From contig CAWBKB010000004.1 of NCBI GenBank assembly GCA_963789265.1, positions 268,586 to 332,585 on the forward strand: DNA of 64,000 nt. The letters run 5' to 3'. This DNA comes from an uncultured delta proteobacterium. GTDB taxonomy: Bacteria > Desulfobacterota > Desulfomonilia > Desulfomonilales > Desulfomonilaceae. Positions 18,204 to 26,578 of this stretch are shown here, piece after piece. The notes under the pieces are model-generated. The model was not told the origin of the DNA and did no database searches. It saw nothing but the letters and a program-made list of their open reading frames with translations. The first letter of the stretch is position 1, and every line of letters starts with the position of its first letter. Made by a program: the position numbers and the translations under genes.

Positions 18204-19931
18204 ATGAGTCTGAAGAATTCCCTTAAAACAACCCTAACCGGTCTTCTAGAAATGCCGGAAGAGGGGACCTCTCCGGACCGGTACAGGATTCTCCGACGAA
18301 ACATCGTAGCACTAATGCTTCTCATAACTATCATTCCACTTCTTTTGATGGCGTTCATCAATTATCATCAGTATCAGTCGGCCTTAGAGACCGAAATTGT
18401 GACACCGTTCCGAGTGCTGGTCAACAAGACCAAACACTCCTTTGAGCTTTTTTGGGCGGGGCGTGTATCAACAGTGAGCTTTATCGCGTCCGCGTATTCC
18501 TATGACGATCTAGCTGATGAAAAAAGCCTGAATCGCATTTTCCGGGTATTGAAACAGGAGTTCAAAGGGTTTGTCGATCTGGGCCTCATTGACGTCAATG
18601 GCCTACAGGTAAGTTACGTAGGTCCATACGAGCTCAAAGCCAAGAATTACGCGGAGCAGGACTGGTTCCATAAAGTGAAAGTGAAAAGGGTTTACGTAAG
18701 CGATGTATTCATGGGGTATCGGAGGTTCCCTCACATGGTTGTCGCAGTCCAGCACGTCACGGATAGCGGCAAGAGTTGGATTGTGCGCGCCACTATCGAC
18801 ACTGCAGAATTCGACGATCTGATTACTTCCATAGGCCTGGATCCTCAAAGTGATGCGTTTGTGACCAACCGAAACGGGGTCTTTCAGACGACATCAAAGT
18901 TTTACGGCAAGGTATTGGAGAATTGCCCTCTGCCAGTTCCTCCGCTCAGCTACGAACCCAACATAATCGAACAGAAAGACCCGATGGGGCGGAATGTTCT
19001 CCTGGCCTACGCATATCTTAATTCGTGGGATTTTGTTCTTATGGTCGTAAAGCCTAGAGCTGAGGTGCTCAAAGTTTGGTACACCCTGAAGGGTGACCTT
19101 GTATTGGTCTTTGTAGGAAGCGTTCTGGTCATTTTCGTCGTTGTTTTCGGGCTTACCAGAGTGCTGGTCGATCGACTGAGAGAAAGTGATGAGAAGAGGG
19201 AACTTGCTTTCCGCAGCATCGAACACAGTCAAAAACTCTCTTCGATAGGAAGACTTGCTGCGGGAGTGGCTCATGAGGTCAACAATCCTCTGGCGGTCAT
19301 CAACGAAAAAGCCGGTCTCATGAAAGACCTGGTTGAATACACCGGCAACTTTGCCGATAAAGAAAAGTTTCTCGCCTTGACCGGATCGATCATTCAGTCA
19401 GTCGAGCGGTGCCGAACCATAACACATCGGCTCTTGGGATTCGCCCGCAGGATGGAAGTGGAAATCGAGATCCTGGACATCAACGACGTAGTCAGAGAGG
19501 TCACGGGCTTTCTCGAGAAGGAAGCTTTCCACAGGAATATTAAATTGGGACTGCATCTGGCATCCGATCTACCGCGCATAGCTTCGGACCGAGGGCAACT
19601 TCAGCAAGTGTTTCTGAACCTCGTCAATAACGCCTTTGCGGCGGTAGAAGATGGCGGTACAGTATCCGTGACCACCTGGGAAAAAGACATGGACACAGTG
19701 GCGGTCAGTTGTCAGGATAATGGCCATGGCATGTCGGAGGAGACGCTCAAACACATATTTGAGCCCTTCTTTACCACTAAGAAAGTACATGGGACAGGCT
19801 TGGGTCTATCCATTACCTATGGAATCGTCAAGCGGCTCGGCGGTGACATCGAGGTCCGAAGCAAGGAAGGAGAAGGAACGAGCTTCGCGGTTTATCTGCC
19901 CCAAAAATCAAAATCAGAGTCGGGAAAATAG
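18204..19931 (+). CDS. Membrane sensor histidine kinase (Cache-like periplasmic domain, NtrB-like core)
   Basis: Two TM segments; AAGVAHEVNNPL H-box, QQVFLNLVNNA, DNGHG, FEPFFTTK, GTGLGL. Confidence 0.92.
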   Translation: MSLKNSLKTTLTGLLEMPEEGTSPDRYRILRRNIVALMLLITIIPLLLMAFINYHQYQSALETEIVTPFRVLVNKTKHSFELFWAGRVSTVSFIASAYSYDDLADEKSLNRIFRVLKQEFKGFVDLGLIDVNGLQVSYVGPYELKAKNYAEQDWFHKVKVKRVYVSDVFMGYRRFPHMVVAVQHVTDSGKSWIVRATIDTAEFDDLITSIGLDPQSDAFVTNRNGVFQTTSKFYGKVLENCPLPVPPLSYEPNIIEQKDPMGRNVLLAYAYLNSWDFVLMVVKPRAEVLKVWYTLKGDLVLVFVGSVLVIFVVVFGLTRVLVDRLRESDEKRELAFRSIEHSQKLSSIGRLAAGVAHEVNNPLAVINEKAGLMKDLVEYTGNFADKEKFLALTGSIIQSVERCRTITHRLLGFARRMEVEIEILDINDVVREVTGFLEKEAFHRNIKLGLHLASDLPRIASDRGQLQQVFLNLVNNAFAAVEDGGTVSVTTWEKDMDTVAVSCQDNGHGMSEETLKHIFEPFFTTKKVHGTGLGLSITYGIVKRLGGDIEVRSKEGEGTSFAVYLPQKSKSESGK

Positions 19932-19932
19932 C

Positions 19933-20040
19933 ATGCAGGAGTGCAAAGTTCTCATAGCGGATGACGAGAAGGGATTTTGTATCTACTCCTGCGGCAAGAC
20001 TTCGATTGAGGGGTATTCATGCAGACGACGCCAGCGGGGA
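19933..20040 (+). pseudogene. Truncated, frameshifted receiver-domain remnant
   Basis: Reads MQECKVLIADDEKG / FVSTPAARLRLRGIHA, parallel to MEELKVLLVDDEVEFVSTLAERLSLRGIQA of the next gene, then similarity is lost. Confidence 0.6.
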
Positions 20041-20174
20041 GCGACTCCGGCTCAAATAGAACGGGTAGGAAAACACCGTCAAAATGGCATAGTCAAATGG
20101 GTCTCAGGGTGCTAAATTGGCGCGGCCAGTGGCGAGACTTCCCCATTTCGGTAATCGGAAATCAGGAAAACAAT

Positions 20175-20558
20175 ATGGAAGAATTGAAAGTACTTCTGGT
20201 TGACGATGAGGTGGAATTCGTCTCCACTCTTGCAGAGAGATTGAGTTTGCGCGGCATTCAGGCTCGGACGGCCAATGATGGAGATGAAGCATTTCGGCAA
20301 ATTGTTTTCGACCCACCGCACGTCGTAGTCTTGGATGTGGTGATGCCAGGCATGGGAGGGCTTGAGATGTTGCAGCGCATCAAGGCGCGTTACCCTGCGA
20401 TGCCGGTGATTCTGGTGACTGGCATAGGAACAACTCGGGACGGGATAGCCGGAATGCGACTGGGCGCCTTTGATTATCTCATGAAACCGTTACAGATCGA
20501 CGATTTAATTAAGAGAATCGGAGAGGCCGTGAAGAAAAGCTCAGGGGGTGTCGAGTGA
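20175..20558 (+). CDS. Single-domain response regulator
   Basis: LLVDDE, VLDVVMPG, LVTG, YLMKP. Confidence 0.9.
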   Translation: MEELKVLLVDDEVEFVSTLAERLSLRGIQARTANDGDEAFRQIVFDPPHVVVLDVVMPGMGGLEMLQRIKARYPAMPVILVTGIGTTRDGIAGMRLGAFDYLMKPLQIDDLIKRIGEAVKKSSGGVE

Positions 20559-21223
20559 TGGCCTCAGATCTGGATCAAGCCGTTTTTATGGGAAGAATCA
20601 CCGCCGGCTTTACTCATGACCTTAAGAATGTCCTGGCGATCGTAAAAGAATCTGCCGGTCTTATGCAGGATCTCCTGGCGCTTTCGAGCAACGAGCCCTT
20701 TTCGCTCCGAGACAAGTTTTCTCAGGCGCTCGCCAGGATCGATCATCAGTCAAGTCGCGGGGCTGATTTGGTCGAGGGTCTCAATAAATTTGCCCATCTC
20801 CCGGACCAGACTATGGCTAGCCTCGACCTTAACGAAGTCGCAGGCCAGGCAGTGCTACTGTCACAGCGGTTTGCCCGCTTGCAAGGAATTTCTCTGAGTG
20901 TCCGATCTCAAGCCAGGCCGGTGATTATCATCACTGATCCGTTAAAAATCGAGATGCTGCTGTTTGAGTGCATCCACGCGCTCCTCAACGTTGTAGGGGC
21001 AGGGGCTACTATTTCGCTTCGCCCGTTTCAACGGGAAGAGGCTGAGGTGTCAGTAGAGCTGTCTTCCAGTGGGAACAACGGCACTTGGAAGGCTGGGGCG
21101 TTCGATTTGGCTTCTTTGCCGGAATGGACTGTGCTGCAAAAGAGTGCCCGTAATCTCAAAGGAAGGATAGAGCCCGGCCTGCCTCCTGTCTGGTTCAACC
21201 TCACGTTGGCTGGAGCAGCATGA
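20555..21223 (+). CDS. HisKA-containing kinase-like protein with degenerate ATPase domain
   Basis: H-box FTHDLKNVLA is present; N, G1, F and G2 boxes are not recognisable. Confidence 0.75.
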   Translation: MMASDLDQAVFMGRITAGFTHDLKNVLAIVKESAGLMQDLLALSSNEPFSLRDKFSQALARIDHQSSRGADLVEGLNKFAHLPDQTMASLDLNEVAGQAVLLSQRFARLQGISLSVRSQARPVIIITDPLKIEMLLFECIHALLNVVGAGATISLRPFQREEAEVSVELSSSGNNGTWKAGAFDLASLPEWTVLQKSARNLKGRIEPGLPPVWFNLTLAGAA

Positions 21224-21342
21224 CTGCGACCGTCGGCATCATGAGACGTGGCGTCTCCAAGGTGCTGGCCTCCCAAAAGGAATGTTTTCCAAACCGGATT
21301 TCCACGACAACCCATAACGGTGCCCCATACATGGAGGGAAAG

Positions 21343-21801
21343 ATGCGGGAATTTAGGGTGCTCATGATTGATGACGAAGAAGACTTCGTCAAAACCCTCG
21401 CCGAGCGGATGCTAATGCGTGACCTTGATTCTGAGGTGGCCCTCAGCGGAGAGGCAGCCCTCCAGGCCGTTGAACAGCAAGCGCCGGATGTGATGGTATT
21501 AGACCTTAAAATGCCGGGTATCGACGGCATGGAAGTGTTACGAAGGGTGAGAAGAGCGTATCCGCAGGTGCAGGTAGTTATCCTGACCGGGCACGGTTCC
21601 GGAAAAGATGAGAGGGAAGCCCGGCGTTTGGGAGCCTTTGCATACCTACAAAAACCGGTGGACATGGAAAAGCTAACGGTCACCCTGAAGAACGCCTACA
21701 AGGAAAAAATGGAGGATGCGATGATGGCAGCCACTTTTGCAGAGACAGGAGAGCTGCAGAGGGCCCGGCAAATCGTGGATGAGGAGCAGAAAGTCAAGTA
21801 G
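21343..21801 (+). CDS. Response regulator receiver with short C-terminal extension
   Basis: MIDDE, VLDLKMPG, LTGHG, LQKP; tail AATFAETGE. Confidence 0.9.
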   Translation: MREFRVLMIDDEEDFVKTLAERMLMRDLDSEVALSGEAALQAVEQQAPDVMVLDLKMPGIDGMEVLRRVRRAYPQVQVVILTGHGSGKDEREARRLGAFAYLQKPVDMEKLTVTLKNAYKEKMEDAMMAATFAETGELQRARQIVDEEQKVK

Positions 21802-21819
21802 ACCTCCGGAGCTGTGCGG

Positions 21820-22236
21820 ATGAGTGTAGAAGTGTTGCTGGTTGATGATGAACAACAGTTCGTAGAAGTCCTGGCTGAACGTTTGGAAGCTCGAGGATTC
21901 AGTGTACGGACGGCTGTGAGTGGGGATGAGGGGCTTGTCAAGCTTCGGGAGCAAGAAGCGGATGTAGTAATCCTTGATATGCAAATGCCGGGACGAGACG
22001 GCGTTGACAGCCTCCGTGAAATTAAGCGGATCAGCCCTCTGATCGAAGTGATCATGCTCACAGGCCACGCGACGATTGATAGTGGAATTCAGGGGTTAAA
22101 GCTGGGGGCGTATGACTACCTTATGAAACCCGCGGAAACGGAAGATCTTGTCCCAAAGATCCTGAGAGCGTATGCGCGCAAATCGGAGCAGGAAGAGCGC
22201 ATTCGCCGGGCAGAGATAGACAAGACTATCGCCTAA
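21820..22236 (+). CDS. Single-domain response regulator
   Basis: LLVDDE, ILDMQMPG, LTGH, YLMKP. Confidence 0.9.
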   Translation: MSVEVLLVDDEQQFVEVLAERLEARGFSVRTAVSGDEGLVKLREQEADVVILDMQMPGRDGVDSLREIKRISPLIEVIMLTGHATIDSGIQGLKLGAYDYLMKPAETEDLVPKILRAYARKSEQEERIRRAEIDKTIA

Positions 22237-22590
22237 GGTGGGTGGTAGATCTCTTTGAATAGCGTGAAGATCCTGGAATCGGGTTCGAAAGATTAGGACG
22301 AATGACAATCTAACCCGATGGAGGGGAGAATGTTACGCTTCCCCGTAAACTTTAGTACCTGATTATCCTCCATAATTTGTATTCGAATCTGTGGGGCAAC
22401 CGTTGTATGGCCTGGCGAGGGCTCAAGCATCTACCGAAAGCCAATGCATGGAAGGGGCATTCTTGTTGGCCTGACGCCTTTGTGGTGTGCGAGGCTTTGC
22501 CTCTGTTGATTGAACGTGGGTCGGCCCGACGAGTTTTCACAGAATTGGCCGCCGGCCGCGATTTTTCAAAGCAACGAACAGGAGTTGGAA

Positions 22591-23550
22591 ATGTCGAAAC
22601 TTGCTAAACTGAGTTTAGTTACTTTAGTCTGCTTAGTGCTGACACCGGTTACGGTGGTCTCTGTCATGGCTGCAACAGCTTCCGCTGCACCTGTAGAGGG
22701 TGGTGAGAGCTACCCGTGGTGGATCTGGCCGCTGCTTCTGCTGGTGGTGACATTCGTTATGGGGGTGGCGGCGGTTCTGGGCGGCGTTGGAGGCGGGGTC
22801 TTGTTCGTGCCCATTATCAGCGGGTTCTTCCCCTTTCATCTCGATTTCGTCAGAGGGGCCGGTCTGCTCGTCGCTCTTTCGGGTGCCCTCGCAGCCGGAC
22901 CCGGCTTGCTCAAATTAAATCTAGCCAGTTTGCGGCTTGCTATGCCTGTAGCATTGATAGCTTCGGCCTTTTCAATAATAGGAGCAATGATCGGTTTGGC
23001 CTTGCCCACCAAAATCGTCCAGATAGCTTTGGGCGCCACAATATTAGGAATCTGCATTCTGATGTTGACGGCAAGAAAATCTGATGTGCCGAACGTTCCT
23101 CAAGCGGACCGAATCTCTTCTGCCTTGCGAATTTACGGAGTTTATCAGGAGGCTAGCACCGGCCAGATCATAGACTGGAAAATACATCGCACCCCGCAGG
23201 GGCTAATACTATTCATTGCTATCGGGATAATGGCGGGCATGTTCGGGTTGGGGGCCGGCTGGGCCAATGTTCCCGTGCTGAATCTGCTGATGGGAGCGCC
23301 TCTGAAAATCAGCGTGGGCACAAGTAAATTTCTATTGTCAATAACCGATACCTCTGCGGCCTGGATCTACCTGAACAATGGTTGCGTAATCCCAATGATC
23401 GTAGTTCCTTCGCTAATCGGGATCATGTTGGGGTCTTTCGTAGGGGTCAGGCTCCTGAGAGTTGCAAAGCCGGGGGTCGTGCGGTGGATGGTTATCGGGA
23501 TACTGGCCTTGGCAGGCATGAAAGCCCTGACCAAAGGGCTGGGGCTCTAA
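22591..23550 (+). CDS. TSUP (TauE/SafE) family permease
   Basis: GVGGGVLFVP and GMFGLGAGWANVP internal repeats, GTSK, multiple TM segments; AGGAG RBS. Confidence 0.88.
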   Translation: MSKLAKLSLVTLVCLVLTPVTVVSVMAATASAAPVEGGESYPWWIWPLLLLVVTFVMGVAAVLGGVGGGVLFVPIISGFFPFHLDFVRGAGLLVALSGALAAGPGLLKLNLASLRLAMPVALIASAFSIIGAMIGLALPTKIVQIALGATILGICILMLTARKSDVPNVPQADRISSALRIYGVYQEASTGQIIDWKIHRTPQGLILFIAIGIMAGMFGLGAGWANVPVLNLLMGAPLKISVGTSKFLLSITDTSAAWIYLNNGCVIPMIVVPSLIGIMLGSFVGVRLLRVAKPGVVRWMVIGILALAGMKALTKGLGL

Positions 23551-23611
23551 AGTCAGTCATGACAGACAATACCGACGCGTCGGAATTGTGCGGAATAGGA
23601 GAGGTAAGATA

Positions 23612-24040
23612 ATGTCTAACAACTCTCAGAAATCGCTACAAGCGACACAAGAACAGATAATCTATGCGAATCTGCTCGAAAAAGGTATGTTTTTGGGACT
23701 GCTGATCTTGTTAATCACGTATTTGCTCTATGTACTTGGGATACTGAAGCCCTATGTGCCTATCAATGAAATCCCCAAATGTTGGGGTGCCGGTGTCCAC
23801 AATTATCTGCACCATTGCCATATACAGACCGGCTGGACATGGCTCGGAATGGTCCGTTACGGGGATTTCATAAATTTCATAGGGATTGCCCTGCTCGCAG
23901 GAGTGACCATCGTTTGTTTTTTGGCAATTGTGCCGGTGTTATGGAAGAACGGCGACAAGTGGTACGCATGCTTCGCGTTGCTGGAAGTGCTTATCCTGGG
24001 CTTGGCTGCCAGCGGCATCCTTAGCGTAGGTGGACATTGA
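23612..24040 (+). CDS. DUF1634-like membrane protein (TSUP partner)
   Basis: EQIIYANLL, GWTW..YGDFINFIGI, three TM segments, adjacent to the TSUP gene. Confidence 0.75.
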   Translation: MSNNSQKSLQATQEQIIYANLLEKGMFLGLLILLITYLLYVLGILKPYVPINEIPKCWGAGVHNYLHHCHIQTGWTWLGMVRYGDFINFIGIALLAGVTIVCFLAIVPVLWKNGDKWYACFALLEVLILGLAASGILSVGGH

Positions 24041-24137
24041 CAAGTCCCGAATGACAACCGGCGGTCCGCGGGTCGCGGCACGGTGGCCGACACTGACGGT
24101 CAAGGCGGGGCCTGCTGATTAAAGAGACTACCTCCGA

Positions 24138-24839
24138 CTACAAACGTCTTGTTCCTTCGGCCAACTCCATCAGACCCTCGCGGTCCACGATTAAGATGTG
24201 CGGCCCATCGTACTCAATCAAGCCTTGTTTTACCATTCTGGTAAGGATGCGGGACAACGTTTCGGGTATTGTGCCCAACATGCCCGCCAGTTGTCCTTTG
24301 GGTACGTCCAATTCCAGACTGTTCGCCCCTGCTTTTCGTTCGCTTAAGTAAAGAAGGTGAGCTGCCAGGCGGCCGGGAACTTCTTTCAGGGAAAGATTGT
24401 CGACTAGTTCCGTAAAACGGCGCAAGCGGCGCGAAAGCACGGCGAGCATATTTAGTGACAGCGAAGGATTTTGGCTAATCAAGCCGACAAACGCAACTCT
24501 TGGAAAAAAGAGGCATCGAGTTTGGTCCAGCGCCACGGCATGTGCCGGAAAGCGACGCCCTTCGAAAACCGGCACTTCTCCAAAAGGCTCCCCAGCGCCA
24601 AAAATGTGCAGGATCTGTTCTCTTCCGTCAGCGGAAAGTTTGTAGATTTTCACTCGGCCTGCCACAACCACGTAAAATCCTGTCCCCGGTTCTCCTTCCG
24701 AAAAGATTGTTCTACCTCGCTTGAATGACTTCGCAAGGGCTATGGAGGCGAGGTCCTTGAGCTGATCCTCAGGCAAATCCTCAAACAACGGTATATTCGC
24801 GACCAACCTGACTGTTTCCATATTACTCCGATCCATCAT
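24138..24839 (-). CDS. hcpR: Crp/Fnr-family regulator, HcpR-like
   Basis: cNMP-fold motifs GRVKIYK..GREQ and FGE; HTH GTIPETLSR; divergent from the hcp cluster. Confidence 0.85.
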   Translation of the reverse strand: MMDRSNMETVRLVANIPLFEDLPEDQLKDLASIALAKSFKRGRTIFSEGEPGTGFYVVVAGRVKIYKLSADGREQILHIFGAGEPFGEVPVFEGRRFPAHAVALDQTRCLFFPRVAFVGLISQNPSLSLNMLAVLSRRLRRFTELVDNLSLKEVPGRLAAHLLYLSERKAGANSLELDVPKGQLAGMLGTIPETLSRILTRMVKQGLIEYDGPHILIVDREGLMELAEGTRRL

Positions 24840-24922
24840 CGAAAATGCCGAGAAGGAACTCGATACTCAATGTGGACTCGAAAAAAGTAGCCGTTCACTT
24901 GCGCCTGGAACGTTCTGTCGCT

Positions 24923-25050
24923 TGTCATTGCGAGGAGTGACTGGTGGGGCTGGCTTCCAGCCTGTCTACCAGGGGTGACGGGCAAGATGCCCGTCCCACT
25001 GGCAATCTAAGCGGCTTTTAAAGGAAAAGATGGCTTCGGTCGCAATGACA
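24923..25050. repeat. RPE-like element with a nested REP doublet (24942-25002)
   Basis: TGTCATTGCGA...TCGCAATGACA ends enclose GGTGGGGCTGGCTTCCAGCC...GACGGGCAAGATGCCCGTCCCAC. Confidence 0.7.
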
Positions 25051-25098
25051 ATCTTTCACCGCTGCTAAGCGAATGTTTGCTGAAAAAAAATGATCTGA

Positions 25099-25112
25099 TT
25101 GACTTAAGTCAA
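25099..25112. promoter_or_regulatory. FNR/HcpR-type binding site 1
   Basis: Perfect palindrome TTGACTTAAGTCAA with a -10-like TAAATT at 25135-25140. Confidence 0.8.
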
Positions 25113-25209
25113 AGCACGTTCTGCTCTGAGTAGTTAAATTCTTTTCGTGTAAAGGAAAACACGTTTTCGGATTGAGCCAGAATCAATCAAAACAGCGAAA
25201 ACGTCAAGA

Positions 25210-25372
25210 TATAGCGGTTCTCAAAAGTAATCGCGGGAAAAGAAGATGGCTTGGTGGCGACGGGCATCTTGCCCGTCGTTCCCACTAGACAGGCTGGAAG
25301 CCTGTCCCACCAATCCAAATAAGTTACCGACACGCATTGCGTATGACGACAATATTTTTGAGAACTACCATA
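25210..25372. mobile_element. MITE-like element carrying a REP doublet (about 25252-25312)
   Basis: GTTCTCAAAA (25217-25226) / TTTTGAGAAC (25356-25365) inverted ends, extendable to 14/17. Confidence 0.5.
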
Positions 25373-25471
25373 GGTCCATACGAATTGCGACTCCGAGTAA
25401 GCAACAATGACGGAATATTTTTTGGGGAACAAGATCAGTGGCACGGCCATTCCGATGGAGGAGTTCAATAA

Positions 25472-26272
25472 ATGAAATGGGCCAGAGAGGCTGAAGAAGC
25501 CATAGCCAGGGTCCCCTTTTTCGTGCGCCGACGCGTGCGGAAACGAGTGGAAGATGAAGCCGAACGGCGGCATTCATGTGAGGTGACTCTGGAGCATGTG
25601 CGTGCCTGCAAGCAAAAATTTCTCACGAATATGGAGGACGAGGTCAACGGCTACCAGATCGAGACCTGTTTCGGTCCCGGAGGTTGCCCGCACCGTGCAA
25701 TAAAGGATCCGGACCTCGTGAAAAAGTTGGAAGCTATCTTGGCCTCGAAGGACCTTCGGGCATTCCTGAAGAATCGTGTGAGCGGTCCCCTCAAACTGCA
25801 CCATGAATTTCGCGTGTCCGTATCTAACTGCCCCAATGCTTGTTCCCGGCCTCAAATAGCGGATTTGGGCCTCATTGGAGCTGCTCGGCCGCGAATCTAT
25901 GCCGACGGATGCACCGGATGCGGTGCATGTACGACTATATGTGGAGAAGACGCGATCCAATTGTCCGAAACAGGCGTCCGGCCCATAATCGATGGCGAAA
26001 AATGCCTCTCCTGCGGCCGGTGCATCTCGGTCTGCCCCGGAGAGGTTCTTGGAGAAGAGACGAAAGGCTATCGCATATTGCTGGGCGGAAAGCTCGGGCG
26101 CAGACCGCAGCTTGCCAGGGAACTCGAAGGTATCTATTCCAGGGAGGAAGCACTTCGAGTTGTAGACAAATGTCTGGATCATTATCTGGAGCATTGTGTG
26201 GCCGGCGAACGTTTCGGAGAGATTTTGAATCGGACGGGTGCCGATCTGACCGCGTTCTCAGCGAAGCTTTGA
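25472..26272 (+). CDS. PCP_red-like domain fused to a nitrite/sulfite reductase Fe-S domain and 2x[4Fe-4S] ferredoxin (AsrC-like fragment)
   Basis: MKWAREAE..VPFFVR, CFGPGGC, SNCPNACSRP, two CxxCxxCxxxC motifs, GGKLGR, GERF. Confidence 0.82.
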   Translation: MKWAREAEEAIARVPFFVRRRVRKRVEDEAERRHSCEVTLEHVRACKQKFLTNMEDEVNGYQIETCFGPGGCPHRAIKDPDLVKKLEAILASKDLRAFLKNRVSGPLKLHHEFRVSVSNCPNACSRPQIADLGLIGAARPRIYADGCTGCGACTTICGEDAIQLSETGVRPIIDGEKCLSCGRCISVCPGEVLGEETKGYRILLGGKLGRRPQLARELEGIYSREEALRVVDKCLDHYLEHCVAGERFGEILNRTGADLTAFSAKL

Positions 26273-26300
26273 ACTGGAGTTTCTCCTTGTAAAGACGGGA

Positions 26301-26387
26301 ACTGTCATTGCGAGGCCGCGAGCTCACAACAACCCGGCGACCAGCAAAAACACATTGCGTCGACGTCTGACTTCTCGCAATGACAGT
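26301..26387. repeat. RPE-like palindromic element
   Basis: Perfect 14 bp IR ACTGTCATTGCGAG / CTCGCAATGACAGT. Confidence 0.75.
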
Positions 26388-26459
26388 GGTCTCAATACTG
26401 GATTCTGTGGCCAAGGCGCGGTTCCCGACCACAAAAAAATCACAAAAAAAGATGACATC

Positions 26460-26473
26460 TTGACTTAAGTCAA
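26460..26473. promoter_or_regulatory. FNR/HcpR-type binding site 2
   Basis: Identical palindrome TTGACTTAAGTCAA with a -10-like TAACAT at 26495-26500, upstream of hcp. Confidence 0.85.
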
Positions 26474-26578
26474 GGAACGATTTCATCAGGTGATTAACAT
26501 ATCAATTAATGGGGCAGGGGGACCGGCGCGAATTAACTCAACATCATTTTCTAGGAAGATCATCGCCAGGAGGAAAAG

